Positions 55,817-64,000 of a DNA stretch of 64,000 nt are shown in pieces. How positions within the stretch are numbered: the first letter of the stretch is position 1; every line of letters begins with the position of its first letter. Source of the DNA: Vicinamibacteria bacterium (GTDB taxonomy: Bacteria > Acidobacteriota > Vicinamibacteria > Marinacidobacterales > Marinacidobacteraceae); NCBI GenBank assembly GCA_964291235.2, contig OZ219816.1, positions 1,280,001-1,344,000 on the forward strand, written 5' to 3'. Below the pieces are notes generated by a model, which worked only from the letters and a program-made list of their open reading frames with translations, was not told where the DNA came from and did no database searches. Both the position numbers and the translations under genes were made by a program.

Positions 55817-56712
55817 TTAGCGGGATGGCTGCGCCCGCGCCTGCGGGCGCTGGATGTCGAGGAATGCCTTGCGGGTGGTCCGCTCGGCGTAGTAGTGGGG
55901 GTCGTGCTTTTCGCCGGCGCGGCGCTTCTCGAGCGCGGCGATGACCCTCTCCTGGGGGACTCCCTTGCGGAGCTGGTCCTTCGCATAGGCCCAGTCCCGG
56001 GCGGACTGGCTGGTGTCCCGGCCCTCAATCTGACGGCCGGGGGCGGGAGAGCGGTTTGGGGAAAGCTCCACCCTGGGTAGATGCGCGAACGCATGGGGGT
56101 GTGTCGCGCGGCCGGCGTGGTCGGTCCAGCGCACGGGCGCATCGTCCCGCTCCGGCTTCTTGTTGCGGAAGCCCGGGAGCCGCATCACGCGCGCAACGTC
56201 GGCCACCGAGGAGTCCCCGCCGTATTCGGCCGCCAGGCGGCGCATGGTGTCCTCCGCCTCCGGAGCCGTCCAGGCGTCCGGATCCGCGTGCCAGATCACC
56301 TGGTAGTTGTGGCGCGAACTCCGGACCACAGCCGCAGGCGGGGGCAGGGAACCGGCATGCACGTCGGCGAGGACGCGGTGGAGGGACTTGGGGCCGTTGC
56401 GGTCCAGGTCGAGCTGAAGGCGGCGCACCTTCGCCACGTCCTGCTTCTCGCGGCGGCGCCGCTGTGGGTTGACGGGGTTCATCGACACGAAGATGTCGTA
56501 GCCCTGGGCGTTCAGGGCACGAAGCCACGCCTGGAACTTCGGCGCAGTGACGGCTCGCACCTGTCGGATTCGCTGTTCCGGGTGGCGCTCTGCGACCCGG
56601 TCGATCGCGACTAAGGCGAGATGTTCAGTGTCAGCGGGATAGAGCGTCCGGATATACGCCGTGGCCTGGTCCGGATCTTGCGGTGTGTGTGTGTGTGTGT
56701 GTGTGTGGTCAC
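55817..56712 (-). CDS. RepB-type DNA primase; likely start GTG 56712 is out of frame across an (AC)12 tract
   Basis: Y..MNP, LDLD, SS..NYQ.IW, D.ARVMRLPGF.N.K and DTSQS..DW. The frame stays open and coding-like from 56560 up to the repeat. Confidence 0.75.
56683..56706. repeat. (GT)12/(AC)12 microsatellite
   Basis: Direct count from the sequence. Confidence 0.95.
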
Positions 56713-57068
56713 GGGTTTTGGGTTCGGAACCGGTTATCTATCACACTCCGGGTGGTGATGGCGAATTCGGACACCTGCTCTGGCGACAGTCCGGGTGTTA
56801 CTGAGCCGGTCGGCTGAGCTTTTCGCGTTCGTAGTTGACCCGCCGCGCTAGCGGCGGGAGAGGAAGGGGCCGCGAAGCGGAGCCCGACCGGAGGCGCGCG
56901 ACGAAGTCGCGCTCGATGGCACCATCAGGCGGGTGAGGTTAGGGCGGGAGGCCGGATTTTCAAGTCCGGCCGACAGGCCCTTTTTTTCTCCTCCCCCCCT
57001 CCGAAGGGTCGGGGTAGGGGAAGGAGCGAACGGAAGTCATTGGTTTTGCGCGTAAATTCGGGCAAGAA

Positions 57069-57176
57069 CGTGACCGGAGTACACGTCCAGCGTGACCGGA
57101 GTACACGTCCAGCGTGACCGGAGTACACGTCCAGCGTGACCGGAGTACACGTCCAAGCGTGACCGGAGTACACGTC
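57069..57176. repeat. Five tandem 22-bp iterons CGTGACCGGAGTACACGTCCAG (putative oriV)
   Basis: Units at 57069, 57091, 57113, 57135 (+1 nt) and 57158 (partial), 28 bp downstream of the putative rep gene. Confidence 0.85.
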
Positions 57177-57204
57177 GCCTAAGCGGGGACGGATTTGCGA
57201 CGTT

Positions 57205-58620
57205 TCAGTCGTCGCTGTCGTTGACGTGTGTCGTTGGCGGGAGGATCCGGCCAGGCGTGATACGGCCGACAGCGCCGGCCTCGTGGAGCGTGGAAAGAAT
57301 GCGTCGGATTCGCTCAAGACGCTTGCGTCTCCCAGGGGCCGAAACGGTGTCGCCCGACGGGTAGAAGAGAGCCATGAGATCCGCGGGGGTGAGCGGGTGA
57401 TAGCGCTCCGGATCGTCGGCATGCCGCCAGTGGACGATCTTCTTGTTGCGGCGGATCGGATAGAGGGTCTTGCCGGGTTTGTGCCATTGGTAGGCGAGCC
57501 CGATCAGGCCGCGATAGGCGAGTGCGGACCGCGCGCCCCAGTAGCGGAGGCGAGGCATGTCCACGGCGGGGCCGTTCTCGGATCCGGGCGGGTAGAGGAC
57601 GCGCACGTGGAAACGCGAGTCGAGGCCGGCGCCGATGGCAGGGGGCAAGGCCTCGAGCGAGATGACGCGGCGGTCCGTTGGATCGCCGGTTGCCGGGTCG
57701 AGCCAGCGGACCCTTGCGGCGTCCGAGTCGTAAAAACGGAGGGCTTCGCGAAGCGCGGGCCAATCCCGCCCCACGCGCCAATTGGCGGCTCCGTTCTGCC
57801 GGAGCCAGTTGACGAGATCCCGGACCGTGAACTCAAGCAGCGCCCCATCCCGGTGGTCCCGCCGGTCGAGCGGCACGGCCGCGAGAAACTCCGTCCCGAG
57901 CCGCAGGTTGATCGGGGCGGCGGAATGCCCGCCGCCGCCTGCGAAGGTAGGCCCGCCTGCACGGTCGAAGGCGGCAAGCCAGGCGGGGATCTGCACCGTG
58001 GGCGCGCGCGGGTCAGAGAATCCCGGCAGTGTCGGCGCAGGATCGCTCGGCGCGCTGAGCGAAGCCGGCAGGGATTGCTGTTGGGAATGCACGCCAGCGG
58101 CGGGCATCATCAGGGTGCCCGCCGGCAGGATGGGGTCTTTCCGGACGGTCGGGAGGACGGGAAAAGCGGCCTGGACGACTTCGTCCAGCACGGATCTGCT
58201 GCGCTGGGGATCAGCCCAGATGTTGCTCATCTGTTCGAGCAGGAAGCGCCAGGCTTCGCCATGCTCGAGAACCTTCTGGTGCCAGACGTGCTTCCGGGAG
58301 AAGTCCTCCAGAATCGGAAGGCTGGCGAGCTGCTGCGCGAGATTCCGGAGCCGCGTGGCCGGCTGCCCGTACGGGTCGACGGCGTTGTTCCAGCGCTTCA
58401 GGCGGTGGGGGTTGAGCGCCTCCTGGAACACGCGGCGCGAATACTGGGTTGCGATCGAGAGGAGGAGTTTCCGGCGCTGCCGGAAAGCCTCTCGGTCGGA
58501 GGGAGTAGCGTTCGGGGCAGCCCGGTCCGCGAGTATGGCGTCGAGCGCCTGCGGCTCGCCCGGGCGGCGACGCGCCGGATCTTCACCGGAAGTCGCTTTC
58601 GCGACTTCCGATAATGATGC
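57205..58620 (-). CDS. 3' portion of the split putative replication initiator (Rep)
   Basis: Frame is open from the dif core (ASLSEVAKATSGED...) to TGA 57205, with only an internal GTG at 58431. Adjacent to the iterons. Confidence 0.7.
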   Translation of the reverse strand, partial: ASLSEVAKATSGEDPARRRPGEPQALDAILADRAAPNATPSDREAFRQRRKLLLSIATQYSRRVFQEALNPHRLKRWNNAVDPYGQPATRLRNLAQQLASLPILEDFSRKHVWHQKVLEHGEAWRFLLEQMSNIWADPQRSRSVLDEVVQAAFPVLPTVRKDPILPAGTLMMPAAGVHSQQQSLPASLSAPSDPAPTLPGFSDPRAPTVQIPAWLAAFDRAGGPTFAGGGGHSAAPINLRLGTEFLAAVPLDRRDHRDGALLEFTVRDLVNWLRQNGAANWRVGRDWPALREALRFYDSDAARVRWLDPATGDPTDRRVISLEALPPAIGAGLDSRFHVRVLYPPGSENGPAVDMPRLRYWGARSALAYRGLIGLAYQWHKPGKTLYPIRRNKKIVHWRHADDPERYHPLTPADLMALFYPSGDTVSAPGRRKRLERIRRILSTLHEAGAVGRITPGRILPPTTHVNDSDD

Positions 58621-58631
58621 TTATGTAAAGT
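58604..58631 (+). other. dif: dif-like XerC/XerD site (attR; restored chromosomal dif)
   Basis: ACTTCCGATAA-TGATGC-TTATGTAAAGT, closely resembling B. subtilis dif ACTTCCTAGAA-TATATA-TTATGTAAACT. Confidence 0.85.
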
Positions 58632-58670
58632 AGTGGGTGTTTTGGGCCGCCGAACGGCGCGCTCTGCTCC

Positions 58671-59573
58671 TCACCCTTCCTCCCCAAACGCCGCGACGTC
58701 GCGGTGGAACACGAACAACGCGTCCACGTCCTCCGAGGGCGACTCGAAGTTGTAGGTCCTGCCGCCGCGCACCTTCAGCCGCAGGTTGTTGTCCAGATAG
58801 TCGATTTCAAACCGTTCCGCCTGCCCGAACGGCAACTGGAACGCATCCTTGTGGTCCGTCCGGTAGTCAAACCCGTCCGCTGTCGCGACCAGCACCCCCT
58901 CACACGATCCGAACCGGTGCTTGTGCACCACCGGCACCCGCACGTCCAGCGTCGCCACCGAGTCGCCGAAGTCCACGCGCACGGGCACCGCCCGCCGGCC
59001 GACTTCCACTCGCCGGGAAACGACGTCGTGGCCTTCGACGGAAACCGTCAGGTTGTATCGCCCGGGCTGGAGATCCGCGATGGTGACCGGCGTGTTCCCC
59101 TTGAAGTTCCGATCCAGAAAGACATTCGCCCCCGCCACATCGCTCTCCACGACGATCGAACCCAGCATTTCGGTGAGCGTTGCGGCCAGCGATCGAGTTC
59201 GCCCACCGCGGATGGTGACGCTGACCTCCAGCGGGTGGAAGCCTTCTTTTTCGATGCGAACCGGAAACTCCCCGACGTCCAAATCCTCCCAGGTGCCCGG
59301 TACGGTGCCCAGCATCCGGCCGTTCAGGAGCACGCTCGCGCCATTCGTGCCTTCAATCTGCAGGGTGCCGGTGGTCGGCGCCGGCGGCGGAGGAGGTGGT
59401 GGCGCCCGGTCCGGCTCAGGCGCCTCGACGGGTGGCGCCTCCTCGACGGGAGCCGGCTCCTCGGGAGGGGCCGCCGGCTCCTCGTTTCCACCACAACCGG
59501 CGAGGAGTGCCAAGCCGATAAGAGGTGTCAGCCTCCAGGACAGGGCGCGCGTCCACTCAGCACGACGAGTCAT
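58671..59573 (-). CDS. PEGA domain lipoprotein
   Basis: Lipobox LAGC and two PEGA repeats (GA.VFLD..FKG.TP.....L.PG.Y). Confidence 0.82.
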   Translation of the reverse strand: MTRRAEWTRALSWRLTPLIGLALLAGCGGNEEPAAPPEEPAPVEEAPPVEAPEPDRAPPPPPPPAPTTGTLQIEGTNGASVLLNGRMLGTVPGTWEDLDVGEFPVRIEKEGFHPLEVSVTIRGGRTRSLAATLTEMLGSIVVESDVAGANVFLDRNFKGNTPVTIADLQPGRYNLTVSVEGHDVVSRRVEVGRRAVPVRVDFGDSVATLDVRVPVVHKHRFGSCEGVLVATADGFDYRTDHKDAFQLPFGQAERFEIDYLDNNLRLKVRGGRTYNFESPSEDVDALFVFHRDVAAFGEEG

Positions 59574-60075
59574 CCACCGCGTCTCCTATCTCGCGATACG
59601 CCCGGTCGTAGTAGAGCAACGGTGGCGCGTCAGCGCGTTCTACCCTGCCCTCGATCACCCTGCCGATGAAGAGCGTGTGGTCACCCTCCCGGTGAGCACC
59701 AACCGTGCGGCACTCGAGCCATCCGATGCTCCCCGAGAGCTGCGGCGGCTTCCCCGCGCCTCCGGCCTCGACGGCACCAGCAAACGCTCCGGCGAACTGG
59801 GTCGCGGAATCGAGCCCGGGCTTCGCGAAGTGCCCAGAAACCCCAGCCTGATCGGAAGCGAGGAGATGCACCCGAAATCCGGCGGCGGCGATCCCGGCGT
59901 GCGCCTGCGCGGAATTCATGATCGAAACCAGCACCAGCGGCGGCTCAAGGCTCACTGAAGTGAACGAACTGACGGTGATGCCCCGCGGGCCCTCGGGACC
60001 CGTGGTGGTTACCACGGTCACCAATTGCGGCGCGCAGCGCATCAGCGCCCGGATTGCCGAAGCGGCGTCGCTCAT
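59557..60075 (-). CDS. Flavin reductase-like protein
   Basis: VTVVTT, G.TVSSFTSVSLEPPLVLV, GDHTLFIGRV and PLLYY. Confidence 0.9.
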   Translation of the reverse strand: MSDAASAIRALMRCAPQLVTVVTTTGPEGPRGITVSSFTSVSLEPPLVLVSIMNSAQAHAGIAAAGFRVHLLASDQAGVSGHFAKPGLDSATQFAGAFAGAVEAGGAGKPPQLSGSIGWLECRTVGAHREGDHTLFIGRVIEGRVERADAPPLLYYDRAYREIGDAVDDSSC

Positions 60076-60554
60076 GCGGCGCTGGTGTTGTCGAGCTCCT
60101 CGAAATCGGCCGTGTAGCGGATGTCCACCCCGCCCTTCAGGGTATTGGCCAACGGGCAGCCACGCTCATGGAAGCGCAGCGCCCGTTCCGCCTCGGCGCG
60201 CTTGCCCGAAGGTACGGCAACCCGGTACCGAATCCGGATGGCGCGCAGCGCCATCACGCCGTCTTCGTCCACGATGTCGCCTTCAACGTCTGCCGAAAGC
60301 CGATTCGGCTGGCTGGGAATTCCGCGTACTTCGAGCGCCCGCCCGAAAGTCCCCACCATTCAACCGCCGGTGGCGGCGACGACGTAGTCGAGGGTCGCGG
60401 GCAGCTCCTCGGCCGGGGTGACTCCGTAGAACGCGGCGATTCCGCTATGGACTCCGAAACGCACCGGCTGGTCGAAGTCTTCCAGAAAAGCCTGCCGGAC
60501 CGGGCCGGCTTGCTTGACGACCCGCGCGTGACAGGTATGGACGACCTTGCTCAT
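60072..60554 (-). CDS. OsmC-like protein, probable selenoprotein
   Basis: ORFs 60360..60554 and 60072..60359 are contiguous in one frame: DYVVAATGG-TGA-MVGTF...GCPL. Hairpin at 60330-60347. Confidence 0.8.
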
Positions 60555-61096
60555 CGTGACACGTTGAAGATGTCGGAACGAAGCATCTTCACCGGGGCCC
60601 CCGCCTTTGCAGTCGGCAGGGACAGCTCGAGGGTCGTGCTGGTGGGGGCGCTGCAGGCGTTGTCCGTGCAGAGCTGGTAGCGGACCAGCACTTCGGCGTT
60701 CGCCGCCCGTCCTCGCTCGAGGACGGAGGTCACCGGAATCCGGATGGCTACCGTGCCCTCGTAGAGGTCATATTCGCCGAGGCCGGAAAGATCGCGCCGG
60801 ATGGGCGTCGGATAGTCAGGCTCACCGGCTTCGAAAGCACCGCCCTCAACGAGTTCCACGACCGTTGCCGTCGGGAATGCCTCCTCGGGCCCGTAGAGGT
60901 GATACCCCTCGTCGAGTTCCGCAACCACCGCGACTGCGAGTTGGTCGCCGGGGCGCACGGGAGACTGGGAGGCCACCAGTTCGAACTTCGCCGCGTTGTC
61001 CCAGTCGGGAATCATGGGCGCCTGGGCAGCCGGGGCGGCCGCGAGGGCGCCGGACACGCCCAGGAGGAGAGCAAACAGCGGGAGAGGGTGTTTCAT
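60551..61096 (-). CDS. DsbD N-terminal (protein-disulfide reductase) domain protein
   Basis: Signal peptide, GYHLY and YQLCTDNACSAP. Confidence 0.8.
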   Translation of the reverse strand: MKHPLPLFALLLGVSGALAAAPAAQAPMIPDWDNAAKFELVASQSPVRPGDQLAVAVVAELDEGYHLYGPEEAFPTATVVELVEGGAFEAGEPDYPTPIRRDLSGLGEYDLYEGTVAIRIPVTSVLERGRAANAEVLVRYQLCTDNACSAPTSTTLELSLPTAKAGAPVKMLRSDIFNVSR

Positions 61097-61128
61097 GAGG
61101 CGAAACTCCTTTGGGAAAGGACGGAACA

Positions 61129-61710
61129 TCAGGATCCTCCGAGACGGGAGATCTCGGCAAGGATCTCGTCCGGAGGTGTTCGGTCGCGGTAGTTCACCCA
61201 CACGTTGACGAACCGGACCACGCCGTCACCGTCCACGATGATCGTCGCGGGATGGGGAATCCCTTCGCGGTCCGTCCCGGCGTGATCCGGGTTGGGGATG
61301 CCGTAGTCAGCGATGACCGAACCGCCTTCAACGAGGATCGGGAAGGTCCAGTCATTCTTCGAAAGCCACATCAGAGTGTCGCCTGGCCCGTACTTGGAGA
61401 TTCCGAGGACGGTGACGCTCTGCGTTTCGAACTGATCCAAAGACTGTTGCAACTCGCCGAGTTGCGCAATGCAGAATGGTCACCAGCCTCCACTGCGGAA
61501 GAACTCGAGGACGACCGGCCCGCCTTTGACGAGATCGGAAAGCCGATAGCTGGCGCCGTGGGCGTCCTTGAGCTCGAAATCGGGAGCTGGGTCGCCGACC
61601 TTCACGGTCGCAGTGTCGGCATCCTGCGCGACTCCGCTGGCGGCCCCGAGGCCGACGGTCAAACCGGCGATCAGTAGTGCAGAGGTGGTACTTCGAACCA
61701 TGCGGGCCAT
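61129..61710 (-). CDS. AhpC/TSA peroxiredoxin-like protein, probable selenoprotein (WUPFC)
   Basis: VGDPAPDFEL..VVLEFFRSGGW-TGA-PFCIAQLGEL is in frame with ORF 61129..61452. Hairpin at 61449-61465. Confidence 0.82.
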
Positions 61711-61876
61711 TCTAGCCCCGGCGCGGGCGAACCGAGAGGGGGCGCGCAGGAAGGAAATGTCGCGCTCTCGGAGTGCCGAAGAAACGGCCCCGCCTCGCGG
61801 AAATCAGAACCCGTACCGGGGAATTCCGGAATCCCCGGGCTCCCCAGCGACCTTCCGGTGTTTAGCTCCTGCCTGG

Positions 61877-62752
61877 CTAACTTGTTGATTCTGCTTCGCT
61901 TGGCTCCGATGTCGGCGCGCCGACATCCTCTTCTTTCGCTTCGAGCTGTTGGAGGAGAGTCCGCAGCGCCTCCACGACCTCTGCCTCTTCCACCTCGCTG
62001 CGGCGGAACGTCAGTTGGAGCCGGAACGGTCCACCCCGCGGCGAATATCGAAACACGAAGGGCCGCGGCCGTTCTCCCTTGCGCTTCCGGCGTTTGGGGG
62101 TTGGCTCTTCAAGCCCCTGAGCGAGGCGCTGGACACAGGCCAGCATCGCCTCCGCGTCCGGTTCCCGCGCCACCCGCAAGAGCTGCCGGCGGGACACGAT
62201 CCCGGATGCCTGGCAGACCTCCCGAATTTCCTCCGGAATATGGAGCAGCGCAAGCGTTTCGGTGATCGACGTGCGTCCCTTGCCGACCCGGCGCGCCAGG
62301 GAGTCGTGGGTGTGTCCGTGTTCCCTGATGAGGCCCTCGTAGGCGACCGCCTCTTCAAAGGCCGAGAGATCGTCCCGTAGCAGGTTCTCCACCAGCGCCA
62401 ACTCGAGAGCATCCCCTTCCCCGGCCTCGCGCTCGACGCAGGGCACTTCGCGCAGGCCTGCCAGCACGGCGGCGCGATACCGGCGTTCGCCGGCGATGAT
62501 CTGGAAATCCTTGGGTCCCAGTCGCCGGACCAGGATGGGCTGCAGGATTCCCTGGTCCCGAATCGAGGTGGCGAGCGGTTCCAGAGTCCCGATGCGCTGA
62601 CGGGGCTGATGGGGGTTCGGGTGAATCTGGGCCGTCGGGATCATGCGCTGGCGAGCCCCCGGCTCATCGGGGGTCAGACCCGCCACGTAGTGGCTGTCGC
62701 GCGGCTTGAGACTGAGTTTTTCAGGAAGACCGGTTCGCTTGGACACGGGCAA
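61877..62752 (-). CDS. parB: ParB/Spo0J partition protein
   Basis: PNPHQPR, GILQPILVR, IIAGERRYRA, ALVEN..R.DL and an HTH. Confidence 0.92.
   Translation of the reverse strand: MPVSKRTGLPEKLSLKPRDSHYVAGLTPDEPGARQRMIPTAQIHPNPHQPRQRIGTLEPLATSIRDQGILQPILVRRLGPKDFQIIAGERRYRAAVLAGLREVPCVEREAGEGDALELALVENLLRDDLSAFEEAVAYEGLIREHGHTHDSLARRVGKGRTSITETLALLHIPEEIREVCQASGIVSRRQLLRVAREPDAEAMLACVQRLAQGLEEPTPKRRKRKGERPRPFVFRYSPRGGPFRLQLTFRRSEVEEAEVVEALRTLLQQLEAKEEDVGAPTSEPSEAESTS
61908..61927. promoter_or_regulatory. 20-bp palindrome GATGTCGGCGCGCCGACATC (parS-like), copy 2
   Basis: Perfect palindrome in the parB 3' end; shared with 28423-28443. Confidence 0.55.
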
Positions 62753-63497
62753 GCACCTCCTGAGACAGGCGCCGATAGTCCTCGGCGCCTCGGGAGTTGG
62801 GTGCGAAACTGAAGATCGATTCCTTGTACGCGGGACTCTCCTCGAGTCGTACGTTCCTGCTGATCAGGGTCCGAAATACGGCCTTCCCGAAGTGCCGGCG
62901 AATTTTCCGAATCGCATCGCGGGCAATCTTCGTGCGTTGGTCAGCCATGGTGATGACAACCCCGAGGAGGGACAGGTCGGGATTGGGACGGCGACGCACC
63001 TGCTCGAGCGTATCGAGAAGATCGTCGGCCCCTTCCAGAGCGTAGTACGTCGGCGGCAGGGGCAACAGTACATAGTCACTCGCGACCATCGCATTCACCG
63101 TAATCAGACCCAGGGTCGGCGGCGTGTCGATCACGACGAAGTCGAACTGCTCCCGAACGTGTTGAATGCGGTCGCGCAGTCGATAGTGGGCGTCGATGTC
63201 GCCGAGCAGTTGTCGCTCCAGCTTGGCCAGCGAGATGCGCGCTTCGGCGACGGACAGTCTTTCCACGCTGGTGGGGCTGATGATGTCCGCGAAGCGGACC
63301 TCGCCGGTCAGCGCCTCCAGCATCGAACGCCGGGACGGATCGGGCTCGATGACACTCACCGAGGCGTTGGCTTGCGGATCTACGTCAACCAGGAGGGTCC
63401 GGTGTCCGGCGCCTGCAAACGCTGCCGCCAGGTTGACCGCGGTGGTGGTCTTGGCCACCCCTCCCTTCTGGTTCGCTACGGTGATGGTGGCGCGCAT
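62721..63497 (-). CDS. parA: ParA/Soj ATPase
   Basis: ANQKGGVAKTTT, DVDPQANA, IDTPPTLG and RNVRLEESP. Confidence 0.93.
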   Translation of the reverse strand: MRATITVANQKGGVAKTTTAVNLAAAFAGAGHRTLLVDVDPQANASVSVIEPDPSRRSMLEALTGEVRFADIISPTSVERLSVAEARISLAKLERQLLGDIDAHYRLRDRIQHVREQFDFVVIDTPPTLGLITVNAMVASDYVLLPLPPTYYALEGADDLLDTLEQVRRRPNPDLSLLGVVITMADQRTKIARDAIRKIRRHFGKAVFRTLISRNVRLEESPAYKESIFSFAPNSRGAEDYRRLSQEVLARVQANRSS

Positions 63498-63506
63498 ACC
63501 CGGAGC

Positions 63507-64000
63507 TCAGTGCGTGTCGCCGAGATCATCCTCGTCCAGAGCCTCGAGCCAGTCGCCGAGCGCTTCGCTGTCTTCCGGCGGTTCGACATCTTCGGCCATG
63601 AGCTCCTCGGCGCGCTTCGCCCCCCGTTCAATGACGCGGGAATGGACGAAGATGGGCGCTCTCGTTCTCAGGGCCAGCGCGATGGCGTCGCTCGGCCGGG
63701 CATCGACCGCGAGCCGCTGGCGTTTTCGCTCCAGGTGGACGTGCGCATAAAAGGTGTTGTCCTGGACATCGTGGATCACCACTTTGGTAACCCTTGCATC
63801 CAGCTCCCGCAGCAGTTCCCGAATCAGGTCGTGCGTGAACGGCCGGGGCGGCTCATAGTTCTCGATCTGCAGGCCGATGGCGCGGACTTCCATGGGCCCA
63901 ACCCAAATGGGCACTTCACGATCGCCCGACTCCTCCTTGAGCATCACCACCGCCGCACTGGTCCGCGGCACCATCAGGATCGCCTTGATACTTACCTCAA
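63507..64000 (-). CDS. Bifunctional nuclease family protein (DUF151), 5' end outside the window
   Basis: PIWVG..E..AI, PRP.THDL and DARPSDAIALA. Confidence 0.9.
   Translation of the reverse strand, partial: EVSIKAILMVPRTSAAVVMLKEESGDREVPIWVGPMEVRAIGLQIENYEPPRPFTHDLIRELLRELDARVTKVVIHDVQDNTFYAHVHLERKRQRLAVDARPSDAIALALRTRAPIFVHSRVIERGAKRAEELMAEDVEPPEDSEALGDWLEALDEDDLGDTH

Larger units (their letters stand above)
29057..58622. mobile_element. ~29.5-kb integrated conjugative/plasmid-like element at a dif-like site (IMEX-type ICE)
   Basis: 23-bp direct repeat CGCGACTTCCGATAATGATGCTT at 29057-29079 and 58600-58622. Contains T4SS, VirD4, ParA, ArdC, primase, iterons and a tyrosine recombinase. Confidence 0.9.

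Noticed and set aside
57069-57176. CRISPR array or coding repeat (ORF 56925..57422)
   Set aside because: The repeats are contiguous with no spacers, which fits iterons. The ORF is a by-product of the repeats.

Overview
This window is high-GC bacterial DNA. The gene content suggests an Acidobacteriota-like organism, possibly host-associated (inference). It has three parts. (1) 1-28.4 kb is chromosomal: eight secreted PQQ-like/BamB-type beta-propeller genes, a spondin-domain lipoprotein, an Fe-ADH, an S9 peptidase, a TAXI-TRAP transporter, an amidase, dacB, an E1-alpha subunit and redox genes. (2) About 29,057-58,622 is a ~29.5 kb conjugative, plasmid-like element with VirB2/3/4/5/6/8/9/10/11 plus VirD4, ParA with an RHH partner, two ArdC genes, a RepB-type primase, an AbiEii toxin, a tyrosine recombinase and 22-bp iterons. 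It is bounded by a 23-bp direct repeat that overlaps a dif-like XerC/XerD site (ACTTCCGATAA-TGATGC-TTATGTAAAGT). (3) 58.7-64 kb is chromosomal again: PEGA protein, flavin reductase, OsmC, DsbD-N, peroxiredoxin-like protein, ParAB and a bifunctional nuclease. The main finding is that the element's attachment site lies inside its putative replication-initiator gene. The 5' part sits at the left end (29,383-29,078) and the 3' part at the right end (58,620-57,205). They join in frame into a 573-aa ORF only when the element circularises, so integration at dif would switch replication off and excision would switch it on. Also seen: three probable UGA-selenocysteine genes, a candidate phase-variable (AC)12 tract in the primase, a 55-bp inverted-repeat cassette and parS-like palindromes flanking the dif locus. 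All protein assignments come from motif recognition by eye; no database searches were run.
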